From Macrostomum lignano (Eukaryota), in contig NIVC01000296.1 in assembly GCA_002269645.1 (NCBI GenBank), forward strand, positions 558,001 to 622,000: a stretch of 64,000 bases of DNA, read 5' to 3'. Below the pieces are notes generated by a model. It searched no databases, was not told where the DNA came from, and was given only the letters and a program-made list of their open reading frames with translations. Below, piece by piece: positions 1-12,000 of this stretch (position 1 is its first letter; every line of letters begins with the position of its first letter). The translations under genes and the position numbers were made by a program.

Positions 1-82
1 GCTCAACTGGCGAGTCGAAGTTGGCACCGTTGGCAGCGGAGACTGCGGCGAGGACGGAGCAGCCGAGGACGCCTGTCGAAAG
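1..82 (+). CDS. ap2 copy A exon 1 (partial), start of divergent vWD1
   Basis: ...[25 protein letters not shown] then GT donor at 83; reverse complement of 53261-53342. Confidence 0.8.
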
Positions 83-3000
83 GTTTGAGGAGCTTTTGTT
101 TGCTGATGGAAAATGGCAATACCTTTCCTTCTGAGGCCCAACAATGAGCAGTACAATAAATTATTCACGCCACAAGCTAACGTTGGAGAAACTTGGCCTT
201 CGGGGAACAGCACAGCTAGTCTATAAGCAGAAATAAATCTGAAATATTAATTCTACATCAATCAGGCCTTGATTAAATAGCTCGTAGATTAGTCAGTAAA
301 ACCGACTCACTCTCGCTTTTTCCACTCTCAGCTCACCCTCGCATCCCCTTCCGTTTCTCTGTTTGGACCTCCACAAAACAATGCGAAAAATATGCGATTG
401 TCAAACATCAATCTGTTAAACTTCTCACGCAGGCCCAGGGATAAATAGGGATTTCTGGGATTTTATGATTCTGCACTCATTTCCGGTCCGATCACCGCGC
501 ACAGGAAATTGTCATCCACTTCCGAGGCGTCCCGCGCTGCCCAACGGACACTCGAGTGAGCATCCGCGGCCGCAGCGTCCGCGTCGTGCAGCTGGACACC
601 GACGGCCGGAACAGCAGCCGGACGGTTGCCGAACTGCGCCTCGGCGGCGACTCGGAAGGCGACGATGACGACGACCGTCTACCGGCCTCGGTGCCGCTGC
701 TGCTGCGGAGCTTCGACTCCGGCCGGCAGCACTCGCTGCACCTGTCCGGCACCGGGCTCCACCTGCGCTGGTCCGACGACGGCTTCCTCGCCCTGCTGCT
801 CGAGTCGTCGTCGGCGGCAGCGGCGGCGTCTTCAACCGGCCGGACTGGCGGCTGGTGCGCCGGGGAACGCCCGCCGCCGGCACCGCGGGAGGGTCGGACA
901 GCTGCGAAGCGTCGTAGAGTTCGGCCAGCAAACCGCGGCCCCTGCGGCCGCCTGGACCGGCCGGATGGACGGCTGGCGCGCAGCTGCCTGCGCGATCCCT
1001 TCGTTGAGGTGGCCGGCTCCGCCGCCGCCTACGCAACAGCCAGGCGGTTCCTGCTGAGCAGCCGAGGCCGGGACTGCAATAGCGGCGGCCGGAGCGGCGC
1101 CGCCTGCAGAGACGGTGCGTGTTGTTTCAAACTGACGTGGGAATTTTAAGGCACAGGGCCTGACTTACTTGACTTACTCCAGCAGCCCTTGACACACTCG
1201 CGGGGATCCCATGGGTTGGCTTGCGATTCGGCAAGAAGCAGGCAAACAAATAAGGGTCCGTTGCATTCGGGACTTAAGCCTGATCAGCACCACCAAAGCC
1301 TCCTCCCCCGACACCGCCACTGCTTGGGGTTTGCACAGGCAACTCAAGGAAAGGAACGCTGCAACATAGAAAAGCTTGAAGGTTAAAGCTAAGGTAAGCG
1401 GGCACAGCTGATGATCCCAGTGCACAAGTGACTACTGCGTGGAAAGTAAAAAAAGTAAGCAAGTCCCACACGAGCCATGGCTTTAGCCATATAGAATACT
1501 GCGAAGAAAGCTTTTATGAACTATTTGGACCATAAAGAGAAGTGCAGAATATGGCGTCAATATAAGCAAAAGGGCCGTTGGGAAAAATAAACAGACACGG
1601 TAGCTAAGCCCGCAGCACTCTCCAGTGATAAGAGGGAGACCGACGACTTTCCTTCTGCAAGAAACAGCTGCAGCTTGGGCCTCGGCGAGGGTGCGAGTTT
1701 TTCGCTCCGAGTTTGACATTTTCACAGGAAATGATAAGAGGCAAACGGGAAACAGAAAAGGGGGCTTTAAAAAGTTATTTAGCAAGACGTGGCTTCTGCT
1801 TTAAGTAGCAAATAGGGAAAAATACAAGTAAGTTCCTTGATAGCAAGTAGGTTCCTTTCCACTGAGGTTTCTTTGCAGCAAGGAGATTTATATACAGCAA
1901 ACAGGTAACTTTCTAACAAAGGGGTTGCTATCTAGCATTTAGAAGATTTCATTCCGGCAAGGGGGGTTGTTATTCTTGAAAATTGCTTCCCACCCTTGGA
2001 ATCAGCATTCGCCCTCCCCTCTCCCGCACGCCAGGTCGTGCTGTCCTCAGCCTGTGCCACCGTCGGTGCCCCGACCGCTGCGCCGCCCTCCGTCGCCTGC
2101 CTCCGCTGATGTGCGCCCTGGCGCCGCTGTGCGCCTGCGCTCCGCCTCGCCTGCTGGACAGCCGCGGGCGTTGCGTTGAGGAGGCCGAGTGTCCTTGTCG
2201 TCATGGCAACCGGATCTACCACCGCGGCGAGCGCTTCACCAAGGACTGCCAGACCTGGTATGGAAGCCGCTTTCGAAACTGTAAAGCTGAAGCCCGCATA
2301 TAAGAACCAGATGCCTGGGTACTCATTAGGAATAGTAACAATTAGCATAATGTAATTGAGCTGTGGCAAATTCATTAACTCTGATCCTCCAGTAGCCAGT
2401 AGCCAGAACTGCGCACTGTTGCTGGATGCACCTGCAGTCGAATATAACGCGCCTCTCTCATAACTGCTACTTCGCACAGTTCCTGCCTTGGCAACAACAA
2501 CTGGCGCTGCGCCAGCTCCGACTGCGGCAGAGTGTGCCTGGCCACCCCCGGCCAAGTTGTCACCTTTGACGGACAGAAGATCAGCTTCGTTGACAAACGA
2601 AACGATTACTACCTGATCGAGGTAAAATCTGCTTGTAGCTTTTTTCAACTGTCAAGGGCCGTAGCCCAGTGGTCCAGCGAGGCGCTCTGATGTGCCAGCG
2701 GCCCAGGCTCGATTCCAAGTGCAGTCACATTAATTTGGGGCTGAATTGGAATCTCGGCTTGGCTCTGCTCGTGCAATTAACGGCCTTGAGGCCCAACCCC
2801 CAAGGCACAGTGAAGTGTACATGCCTAACGATAAATAAAGTTAGGGCCGCTGTGCACTCCTGTGTGAGTGTGTGCCTGTGCGTATGACTGCGTACGTATC
2901 CGCGCGCTTGTGTGCCTGCTCAGGGGAGTCGGCGGAATGGGCAGCAATGCCTCTCGCCGGTTGTGTGACAATGTCGCTTAAAGTGCGCCAGGGTGCACAC

Positions 3001-6000
3001 AACCCCCTGCTTCTGAGAAAATTCTGAATTAAATTACAGTTAGTTCAGACCCATTTTAAATTGATTTGAGCAATCTGTGACCCAGCCTGCAGAGAATTGT
3101 CAGTAGGATCAGAATGTGCATCGAATAAAAATGCGTACGTTGGATTAAACCGGTGGCAAGGAAGATTTAAGTAGACTTAAGTACCTAAGTCGCCTCTGAA
3201 AGATAAGAGTTAAATTATGAAAATTGGAAAGCATTTAAAAATTTGCTGCTGCTACGCTTTCAATAACGAGTATGTTTACATTTTACACCACAATCAGCCG
3301 GACGATTCGAAGATCCCCCTAGCGGTGAAGTTCAGCCGAAGCAGTCCAGCTCGCCTGGAGGTGTCCTGGCAGGGCCAGCAAGTCCTGGTGTACCATCGGC
3401 CTGCCACCGACAGCGAATCTGGCGACTTTGTCATCCAGCTGGGAGATCGCAGCCAGAAGCTGTGAGTAGCATTGAGTACGAGACAACTCTCGCTTCATAC
3501 TTCGTGGGTTCGATTCCTCTCTCGCTCACGCAGTCCGCTCATAATGCGTACATTCCCGATCATGAGAGAGCGAATGGAAACTTCACAAACTATAAATTTT
3601 ATTTTGTAGAAACTGCTTGCTTGAGACACGTTTGGGGCTTTTGGTAGCCACGAGTATTTAATCCACTCCGAGAAATTCAAGGTTGCTGTGAACTGTATGT
3701 GAGCTCCCGTCGTGACAGATAAAATAGGAAAGAAGTGACTCCAGCCGACTCTAAAGCGACGAGATGTCGCGCTACATGTTGCCAAAAAGTCGTCAAAAAG
3801 TCACCCAAGAATCACTTTGAAGCGTTGTAATGTATGCGGCTATAAAAAACGAATATGGGGCGACTCTAGTGATTGTGGGAGCCGTAGAGTCGTATTTGAG
3901 GCGTGCTAGAGTCCCTGCAGTCACTGGGTTGTGTTTGAAGCACTAACTAGCCTACTGAGTTAGTAGAAAGTTCAGCGCCAGCTTAACGATTCTTGGACGA
4001 CTCTTTCGCGACTCTTTACGATTCTGCAACTGACGTGATACGTTTGTGTCGCTAAAGTCGCCTCTTCATCGCATTAGACGCGTTTGAGTCGTTCAAAAGT
4101 CACAAGAATCGCCACAGAGTCACTGAAGAGTAGTTTGCAGCGAATTTTTTTCACGATTCTTGTCATGGTATCGTTTTCAACGGGATTGTAAATTTACGAC
4201 AATATCGTCAATAAGCTCTTGCTGGTTCTTGTTTAGTAGCAACCTATTTACTTGGACTTATTTTCAGAGCCATCGGAGAGCACCTTCGTGTCGGCCTCGG
4301 CTTCTTTCTGCATCGCGTCACCAGCCACTATATCCGGCTGCGCGTTGCCGATCTGCTGCGCGTTGACTTCAACGGTGGTACAGTCGAGCTGGCGGCCAGC
4401 AGGCGCCTCCGCGGAGCCCGTCGCCTGCGCGGCCTCTGCGGTCGCTACGACGGCTCGAGCGAGAACGATTTGTGGCCGAGGCGGGGCCGCGCTGCTGCCG
4501 ATTCCCTGTCCGTTGCTCGCTCCTATCTGGTGAAGGCCATCTCGCCGGCTGGTGGACCCAAACGGACGACCATCTCGCGGGAGGCTGTGCGCACATGCTA
4601 CGACCTGTTCCAGCACAGCGGCCAGTTTCAACGATGCGCCAGGACTGAGAATCTGCAGCCGTTCCTGCGCAACTGCGAGGCGGCTGGAGACCGAGACAGC
4701 GTCTGCTACATCGCATTCAATGCCATGCGACTGTGCGCCAGGTCCGGCTACAAGATCCACTGGCGACTGCTGCCGCAGCTCAGGAACTGCGGTGAGAGCC
4801 TTCAGCGATACAAAAACTAAACTTGAACAGTAGAGTGCCTCCTGTAGTGACTAATCCCAGTTGTACAGTAGAGAGCCCCAATCGCTGCATATACTCCCAG
4901 TTGTACAGCAGAGAGCCTCAGTCGCTGCATACTCCCAGTTGTACAGTAGAGAGCCTCAGTCACTGCATACTCCCAGTTGTACAGTAGAGAGCCTCAACCG
5001 CTGCATACTCCCAGTTGTACAGTAGAGAGCCTCAGTCGCTGCATACTCCCAGTTGTACAGTAGAGAGCCTCAGTCACTGCATACTCCCAGTTGTACAGTA
5101 GAGAGCCTCAGTCACTGCATGCTCCCAGTTGTACGAGCTACAGTAGAGAGCCTCAATCGCTGCATACTCCCAGTTGTACAGTAGAGAGCCTCAATCGCTG
5201 CATACTCCCAGTTGTACAGTAGAGAGCCTCAACCGCTGCATACTCCCAGTTATACAAGTAGAGAGCCTCAACCGCTGCATACTCCCAGTTATACAAGTAG
5301 AGAGCCTCAATCGCTGCATACTCCCAGTCGCTCACCAATCCTTGACTTCCGCTTGCAGCCCTGCTCGCCTGCCCCAGAGGCGGCTCCAGTTTTCGACTGT
5401 GCGCCAACACCTGCCAAGCGACCTGCGCTAGCTTAGCCCGGCCTGACCGCTGTCCCAGCGGCTGCTACTTCGGCTGCCAGTGTCCGCGCGGCCGCTACCT
5501 GATGGCTGACGGCCGGTGCGTCACCAAGTCCCAATGCACCTGCTTTGACTCGGCGACTGGAAGGCAGCGCCAGCCTGGAGAGAAATTTTCCAGGAGAAAC
5601 GAGAACTGGTGGGTGATATGTTTTTTTTTAAATGCTGGATTGCATGACTGAATTGATGATTTTTCGTAAAATCCAGAGGGAGGAAATCCCAGATAGAAAT
5701 CTGATATTTCCAGATTTGGAAGGAAATTTACTTAGAAAATTCTAGAAGAAAAATTCCACAGTGGATATCAGATTTTGGAGGGAAAATCTTGAATGGAAAA
5801 TTCAGAACGGGAAATCCCAGAAAAGGAAATCCCAGAGGGAAAATCCATAAAGGGAAATCCCAGAAGGAAAACCCAAAAAAGTAAATCCCAGAAGGAAAAC
5901 CCAAAAAAGTAAATCCCAGAAGGAAAATCCAGAAAGGGAAATTCCAGAAGAAAAATCCAGAGAGGGAAATCCCAGAAAGGGAAGTCCAAAAAGGAAAGTT

Positions 6001-9000
6001 CCAGAAATGGGAAATCCCAGAGCAAAGACTAGCAATATTAAGCCAACCCTACTTCCAGCAAATGCCAAGACGGTCGCGCCGTCTGTCAAGCTGCACAGTC
6101 AGCCTCGGCAGATGGCAGAGTCGCCTGCCCGAAGAATCAGGTCTGGCGACGCGCCCAGCCCGGCGAGTGCTGGCCGCGCCGCTGCGAGGATCCAGTCAAA
6201 GATGGCAGCCGGTGCCAATCGCCAGACAGCGCAGCAGAGGAGCGGTGCCGCTGCCCCGCCGGTCTGTTCGCCACCGATTCGGTGAGTCAGGGATGGACTT
6301 TTTAATTATCAAGCCAAAGAGTGAGGGGTAGAAGTACTAGGAGGGGTAGAAGGACTAGGAGGGGTAGAAGGACTAGGAGGGGTAGAAGGACTAGGAGGGG
6401 TAGAAGGACTAGGAGGGGTAGAAGGACTAGGAGGGGTAGAAGGACTAGGAGGGGTAGAAGGACTAGGAGGGGTAGAAGGACTAGGAGGGGTAGAAGGACT
6501 AGGAGGGGTAGAAGGACTAGGAGGGGTAGAAGGACTAGGAGGGGTAGAAGGACTAGGAGGGGTAGAAGGACTAGGAGGGGTAGAAGGACTAGGAGGGGTA
6601 GAAGGACTAGGAGGGGTAGAAGGACTAGGAGGGGTAGAAGGACTAGGAGGGGTAGAAGGACTAGGAGGGGTAGAAGGACTAGGAGGGGTAGAAGGACTAG
6701 GAGGGGTAGAAGGACTAGGAGGGGTAGAAGGACTAGGAGGGGTAGAAGGACTAGGAGGGGTAAAAAGACTCTCAGTCCTCACGCTCGTAGAAAGCATTTT
6801 TAAGAGGGTTAGTATCTCTTCCAAACTCTAGCGTATATTTCGCGCAAACCCTGCCCCAAAACGTAGGAGCTTAGCTGAGAGAAGAGAGCGGGCAGAGAAT
6901 TTTAAAATTTTCTACCTCCTATGTACATTCAAACAGACGCTAGTCATCAACCCCTTCCCCTCCACATGAACTTAGGAAAAATCGATTTTTTTAAAAACCC
7001 CAACCACCTGCCTCCCGCCGCCAGGGCCTGTGCGTCAACCGGTCAGACTGCCCATGCCGCTACGGCGGCCGCGAGCTCCTGACCGGATCAGTGCTGACCG
7101 CCCAGTGTCCCGGCCGCGTCTGCTCCAGCGGGCGCTGGTTGAACCGCGCCGCCTCTGAGAGCTCCTCGGACTCCGGCTGCCGCGGCCGCTGTCGGGCATT
7201 CGGCGACGGCTACTACGTCAGCTTCGACGGTCGGGCGTTTCGTTACTACGCCGGCTCTCTGGAGACGCTGCTGCTGCAGCTGCCGCAGCTTCGCGTGGCC
7301 ACGCGCAGCGTCGCCTGCGGCAGCAGCCGGCCGTCCGTCTGCGCCCGCCTGGTGAAAATCCGGCTGGCTGGCGGCGACGAGATCCGCGTTCTGCAGGGCA
7401 GGATTATCGCCGGCCTGCGTCACGTCGACGGCGAGGCTGTCGTGCTGACGGCCACCGCGGCGCTCGGCGGTTTGCACTTTCTGCGAATCGGCGTGTCGAT
7501 CGTGTGGGACAGAGGTGAAACCGTCTGCTGTCTTCGGATTCATTTTGGAGGGGGTCTTTTGGAGGGGTTCACTCCAAAACCATTTTTATTAGATGGGGGC
7601 TGTGTGCACCCTGGCGCACTTTAAGCGACATTGTCACACAATCGGCGAGAGGCATTACTGCCCATTCTGCCCGACTCCCCTGAGCAGGCACACAAGCGCG
7701 CGGATACGTACGCAGTCATACGCACAGACACAGGCACAGGCACAGGCACAGGATTGTACAGCGGCCCTAACTTTATTTATCGTTAGGCATGTACACTTCA
7801 CTGTGCCTTGGGGGTTGGGCCTCAAGGCCGTTAATTGCACGAGCAGAGCCAAGCCAAGGCAGATCTGCCATTGTCCAACTCCAAAACCAGAGACACAATC
7901 TGCCATTGTCCAACTCCAAAACCAGAGACACAATCTGCCATTGTCCAACTCCAAAACCAGAGACACAATCTGCCATTGTCCAACTCCAAAACCAGAGACA
8001 CAATCTGCCATTGTCCAACTCCAAAACCAGAGACACAATCTGCCATTGTCCAACTCCAAAACCAGAGACACAATCTGCCATTAAGGCACTCTGAAAAGGC
8101 ACACAGACACAATAGACATTGTCACTTACTTAGACAAATTCCCATTCGTTTTCAGGCACCCGACTGACAATCAACGCCGCCCGCCCCCGTAGCGGCCAGC
8201 CAATCGGCGGCCTCTGCGGCAACTTCAACGGCGACGCCACTGACGATTATCGAACGCCTGGCGGCCTGCTGGCGCTTAGCCCGGACGAATTCGGACGCAG
8301 TTGGACGCTGGAGAGCGACTACGCCCAGCCAATACCCGAGTCCGAGTACGACCAGGGCTGCCTAAAGGTTGGGAGCGATTCTGTTGTTCATTTCAGCCTG
8401 ACGAATTTCTATTGGTATATTTATGGACACACTGTAGAGCACTGGCTGTAAACACACTGTAGACCACTGGCTGTAGACACACTGTAGACCGCTGGCTGTA
8501 GACACACTGTAGACCACTGGCTGTAAACACACTGTAGACCGCTGGCTGTAAACACACTGTAGACCGCTGGCTGTAGACACACTGTAGACCGCTGGCTGTA
8601 GACACACTGTAGACCGCTGGCTGTAAACACACTGTAGACCGCTGGCTGTAAACACACTGTAGACCGCTGGCTGTAGACACACTGTAGACCACTGGCTGTA
8701 GACACACTATAGACCACTGGCTGTAGACACACTGTAGACCACTGGCTGTAGACACACTATAGACCACCGGCTGTAAACACACTGTAGACCACTGGCTGTA
8801 GACACACTGTAGACCACTGGCTGTAGACACACTGTAGACCACTGGCTGTAGACACACTATAGACCACCGGCTGTAGACACACTGTAGACCACCGGCTGTA
8901 GACACACTGTAGACCACTGGCTGTAGACACACTGTAGACCACTGGCTGTAGACACACTGTAGACCACCGGCTGTAGACACACTGTAGACCACCGGCTGTA

Positions 9001-12000
9001 GACACAGTGTTACAGCCCCATCCCACACTCCCAATCCCCACTCAGAGCCGAGAAAACTTTGACTGGTCCTTCGCCCGATGCGGCCTACTTCGAGACCAGA
9101 GAGGCCCCTTCGGCCGCTGCCTGTCGGTGCTGAACGAGGACCGGCTGGAGTTCCTGCACGACGCTTGCCTGCGCGAGGCCTGCCGATGTCGTCGAACTGT
9201 CAAAGATGCCGCTAACTGCGACGGCCTGTGCAACCTGATGGCCGCCGCGGCAGACGAATGCGCTGGACTCAACGTCACCGTGGACTGGCGGTCCGCGGCC
9301 TTCTGCCGTGAGTCACGGGGAGCACAGCTTCACGAAACTGTTAAAAGATTGAGTCACTCCCTTCTCCAACATTATCACAAATTGAGTCACTTTCTACTCC
9401 AATACTGTCACAAATTGAGTCACTTCCTACTCCAATATTGTCACAAATTGAGTCACTCCCTACTCCAATCCTGTCACAAATTGAGTCCCTACTTCAACAC
9501 TGTCACAAATTGAGTCACTCCCTACTCCAATCCTGTCACAAATTGAGTCCCTACTTCAACACTGTCACAAATTGAGTCACTCCCTATTCCAATCCTGTCA
9601 CAAATTGAGTCACTGCTACACACAATCTTTAGAATATAGTGACCTACCCATACGCAGTTTTGAATTTGAGTAACATCACAAACACACAGTCACAATTTCA
9701 GTCACATCTTGGGTTTTGTATACAATAAGGCAATAAAATTATTTGAAATTTCTTCTCTTCAATCCCGAACGCAGCGTACAATTGTCCCGAGGGCACCGCC
9801 TACACCAGCTGCGGCCAGCTCCAAAGCCCATTTGTCTTCGCTAACGGACCCGACGTGCAGTGCCTGGAAGGTGAGAAAAAAGAGTTCGCTTTGAGTCTCT
9901 GAGCAGCTCAGCGGTTAGCATCAGACTGCTCACAAGGGCCGGCCAATCCCTGAGCCTGTGTACATGCCTGAAAATGGTAGATTGTCAAGGACAAGTGACT
10001 TCAGTGGTCCTTGTAGATTGTATAGAATTTTTACCCAACACACCGGCCATTTTAACACACTTAAATTTGATTTGATTGGACCAGAGATGGGGTGGGTGAA
10101 CTGCTTGGCTTATCAGATTATCAGATAAGATAATAGGCGAGTCTATAAATGAGTCATAAAATTTTAATTAGTATACCTTTTCAACAACGGATTCGTCAAA
10201 AGTGAGTTCAAATTCGTCAGCGTATGCAAAACTATATAGCGCTCAAGGGGAAGAGAATGAGTGTCTATGGTAAATTTAAGTAAGAAAGTGAGTGAAGTTC
10301 GTCTGTGGAAAAGTAGCCCGATTTCTTGAAATCTTCATTTCATGCTTTTATGCTTTGATGCTTTGAAAAGCTTGTTGCAGATTTTCCTGCTGCTCCTGCT
10401 GTGACAACGCAGGCAAGCAGTCGTCGGCGTGACGGGACTTTGTGCGTTACATTGGCTGTTTGTTGTCATGTAGGGCATCTCTGACAACAATCAAAGCATG
10501 AAATGAAGATTTCAAGAAATCGGGCTACTTTTCCACAGACGAACTTCACTCACTTTCTTACTTAAATTTACCATAGACACATTCTTTTCTTACCATGAAT
10601 AAAGCAAACACTTTTTCTGATCAGGCTGTATTTGCACTGACGAATTTCACTTACTTAGACAAATTCGAAGTCACTTTCTCTAAAAATTTACCATAGACAC
10701 TCATTCTCTTCCCCTTGAGCGCTATATAGTTTTGCATACCCTGACGAATTTGAACTCACTTTTGACGAATCCGTTGTTGAAAAGGTATATTATAAAATTA
10801 GTATGCCTGCTCTTATCAATTTGAAAAATCTGCCGGTGGAGTCGCTGAATGGTGTAACAATGCCCGCTTTGACTTGTAAAATTGTGTCTGGGTAAAAGTT
10901 CTTTACAATGATAAACTCTAACTAGGCTGTTTTACCGTTTCACTGCAGACTGCCGATGCCGCATGGGTGGCCAGTGGACCCAGGCCGCCGGCAGCTGCAC
11001 CGAGGCCAGCCATGTGTGCCGCTACAGAGCCGCCGTTTATCAGACTGGCGACTCAGCCAAACTTGGCTGCCGTCAGTGGTGAGCTAAGCTTTGAGTTCAT
11101 TGCGAAATTCTCAAGTATACGCATTCTGTTTAACAGAATATTAAATGCCAAATTAAATTATTTTATCTACTCGTTCATCAAGCACCTGTCGAGAAGGCAA
11201 ATGGATTCGATGCGACAACAAGGATTGTTATAGAAACACAACAATTGAGCTGAACAATTTGAGCACAGTTGGTAAGTCAAATTGAATGTTAGTTATTTGT
11301 AAAGCCTCATAGTACCTATTTAGAGAGTGAGCTATTGTATTGAATTGTCTATGGTAGAGAGTGAGCTATCGAATTGTCTATGATAGAGAGTGAGCTATCG
11401 AATTGTCTATGGTAGAGAGTGAGCTATTGAATTGTCTATGGTAGAGAGTGAGCTATTGAATTGTCTATGGTAGAGAGTGAGCTTTTGAATTGTCTATGGT
11501 AGAGAGTGAGCTATTGAATTGTCTATGGTAGAGAGTGAGCTATTGAATTGTCTATGGTACAGAGTGAGCTACTGAATTGTCTATGGTAGAGAGTAGACCT
11601 TGAGTGTCTATGGTTGAGAGTGAGCTATTGAATTGTCTATGGTAGAGAGTGAGCTATTGAATTGTCTATGGTAGAGAGTGAGCTATCGAATTGTCTATGG
11701 TAGAGAGTGAGCTATTGAATTGTCTATGGTAGAGAGTGAGCTTTTGAATTGTCTATGGTACAGAGTGAGCTTTTGAATTGTCTATGGTAGAGAGTGAGCT
11801 ATTGAATTGTCTATGGTAGAGAGTGAGCTATTGAATTGTCTATGGTACAGAGTGAGCTACTGAATTGTCTATGGTAGAGAGTAGACCTTGAGTGTCTATG
11901 GTTGAGAGTGAGCTATTGAATTGTCTATGGTAGAGAGTGAGCTATTGAATTGTCTATGGTAGAGAGTGAGCTATTGAATTGTCTATGGTAGAGAGTGAGC

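Noticed and set aside
1932-2648. 238-aa minus-strand ORF (and mirror 50548-51246)
   Set aside because: Antisense to exons 3-4 and the intervening intron; no domain signal.
6309-6824. ORFs (PPSPST)n and (RGRRTR)n, also at 46335-46907
   Set aside because: Translations of an 18-bp intronic satellite; no splice or codon support.
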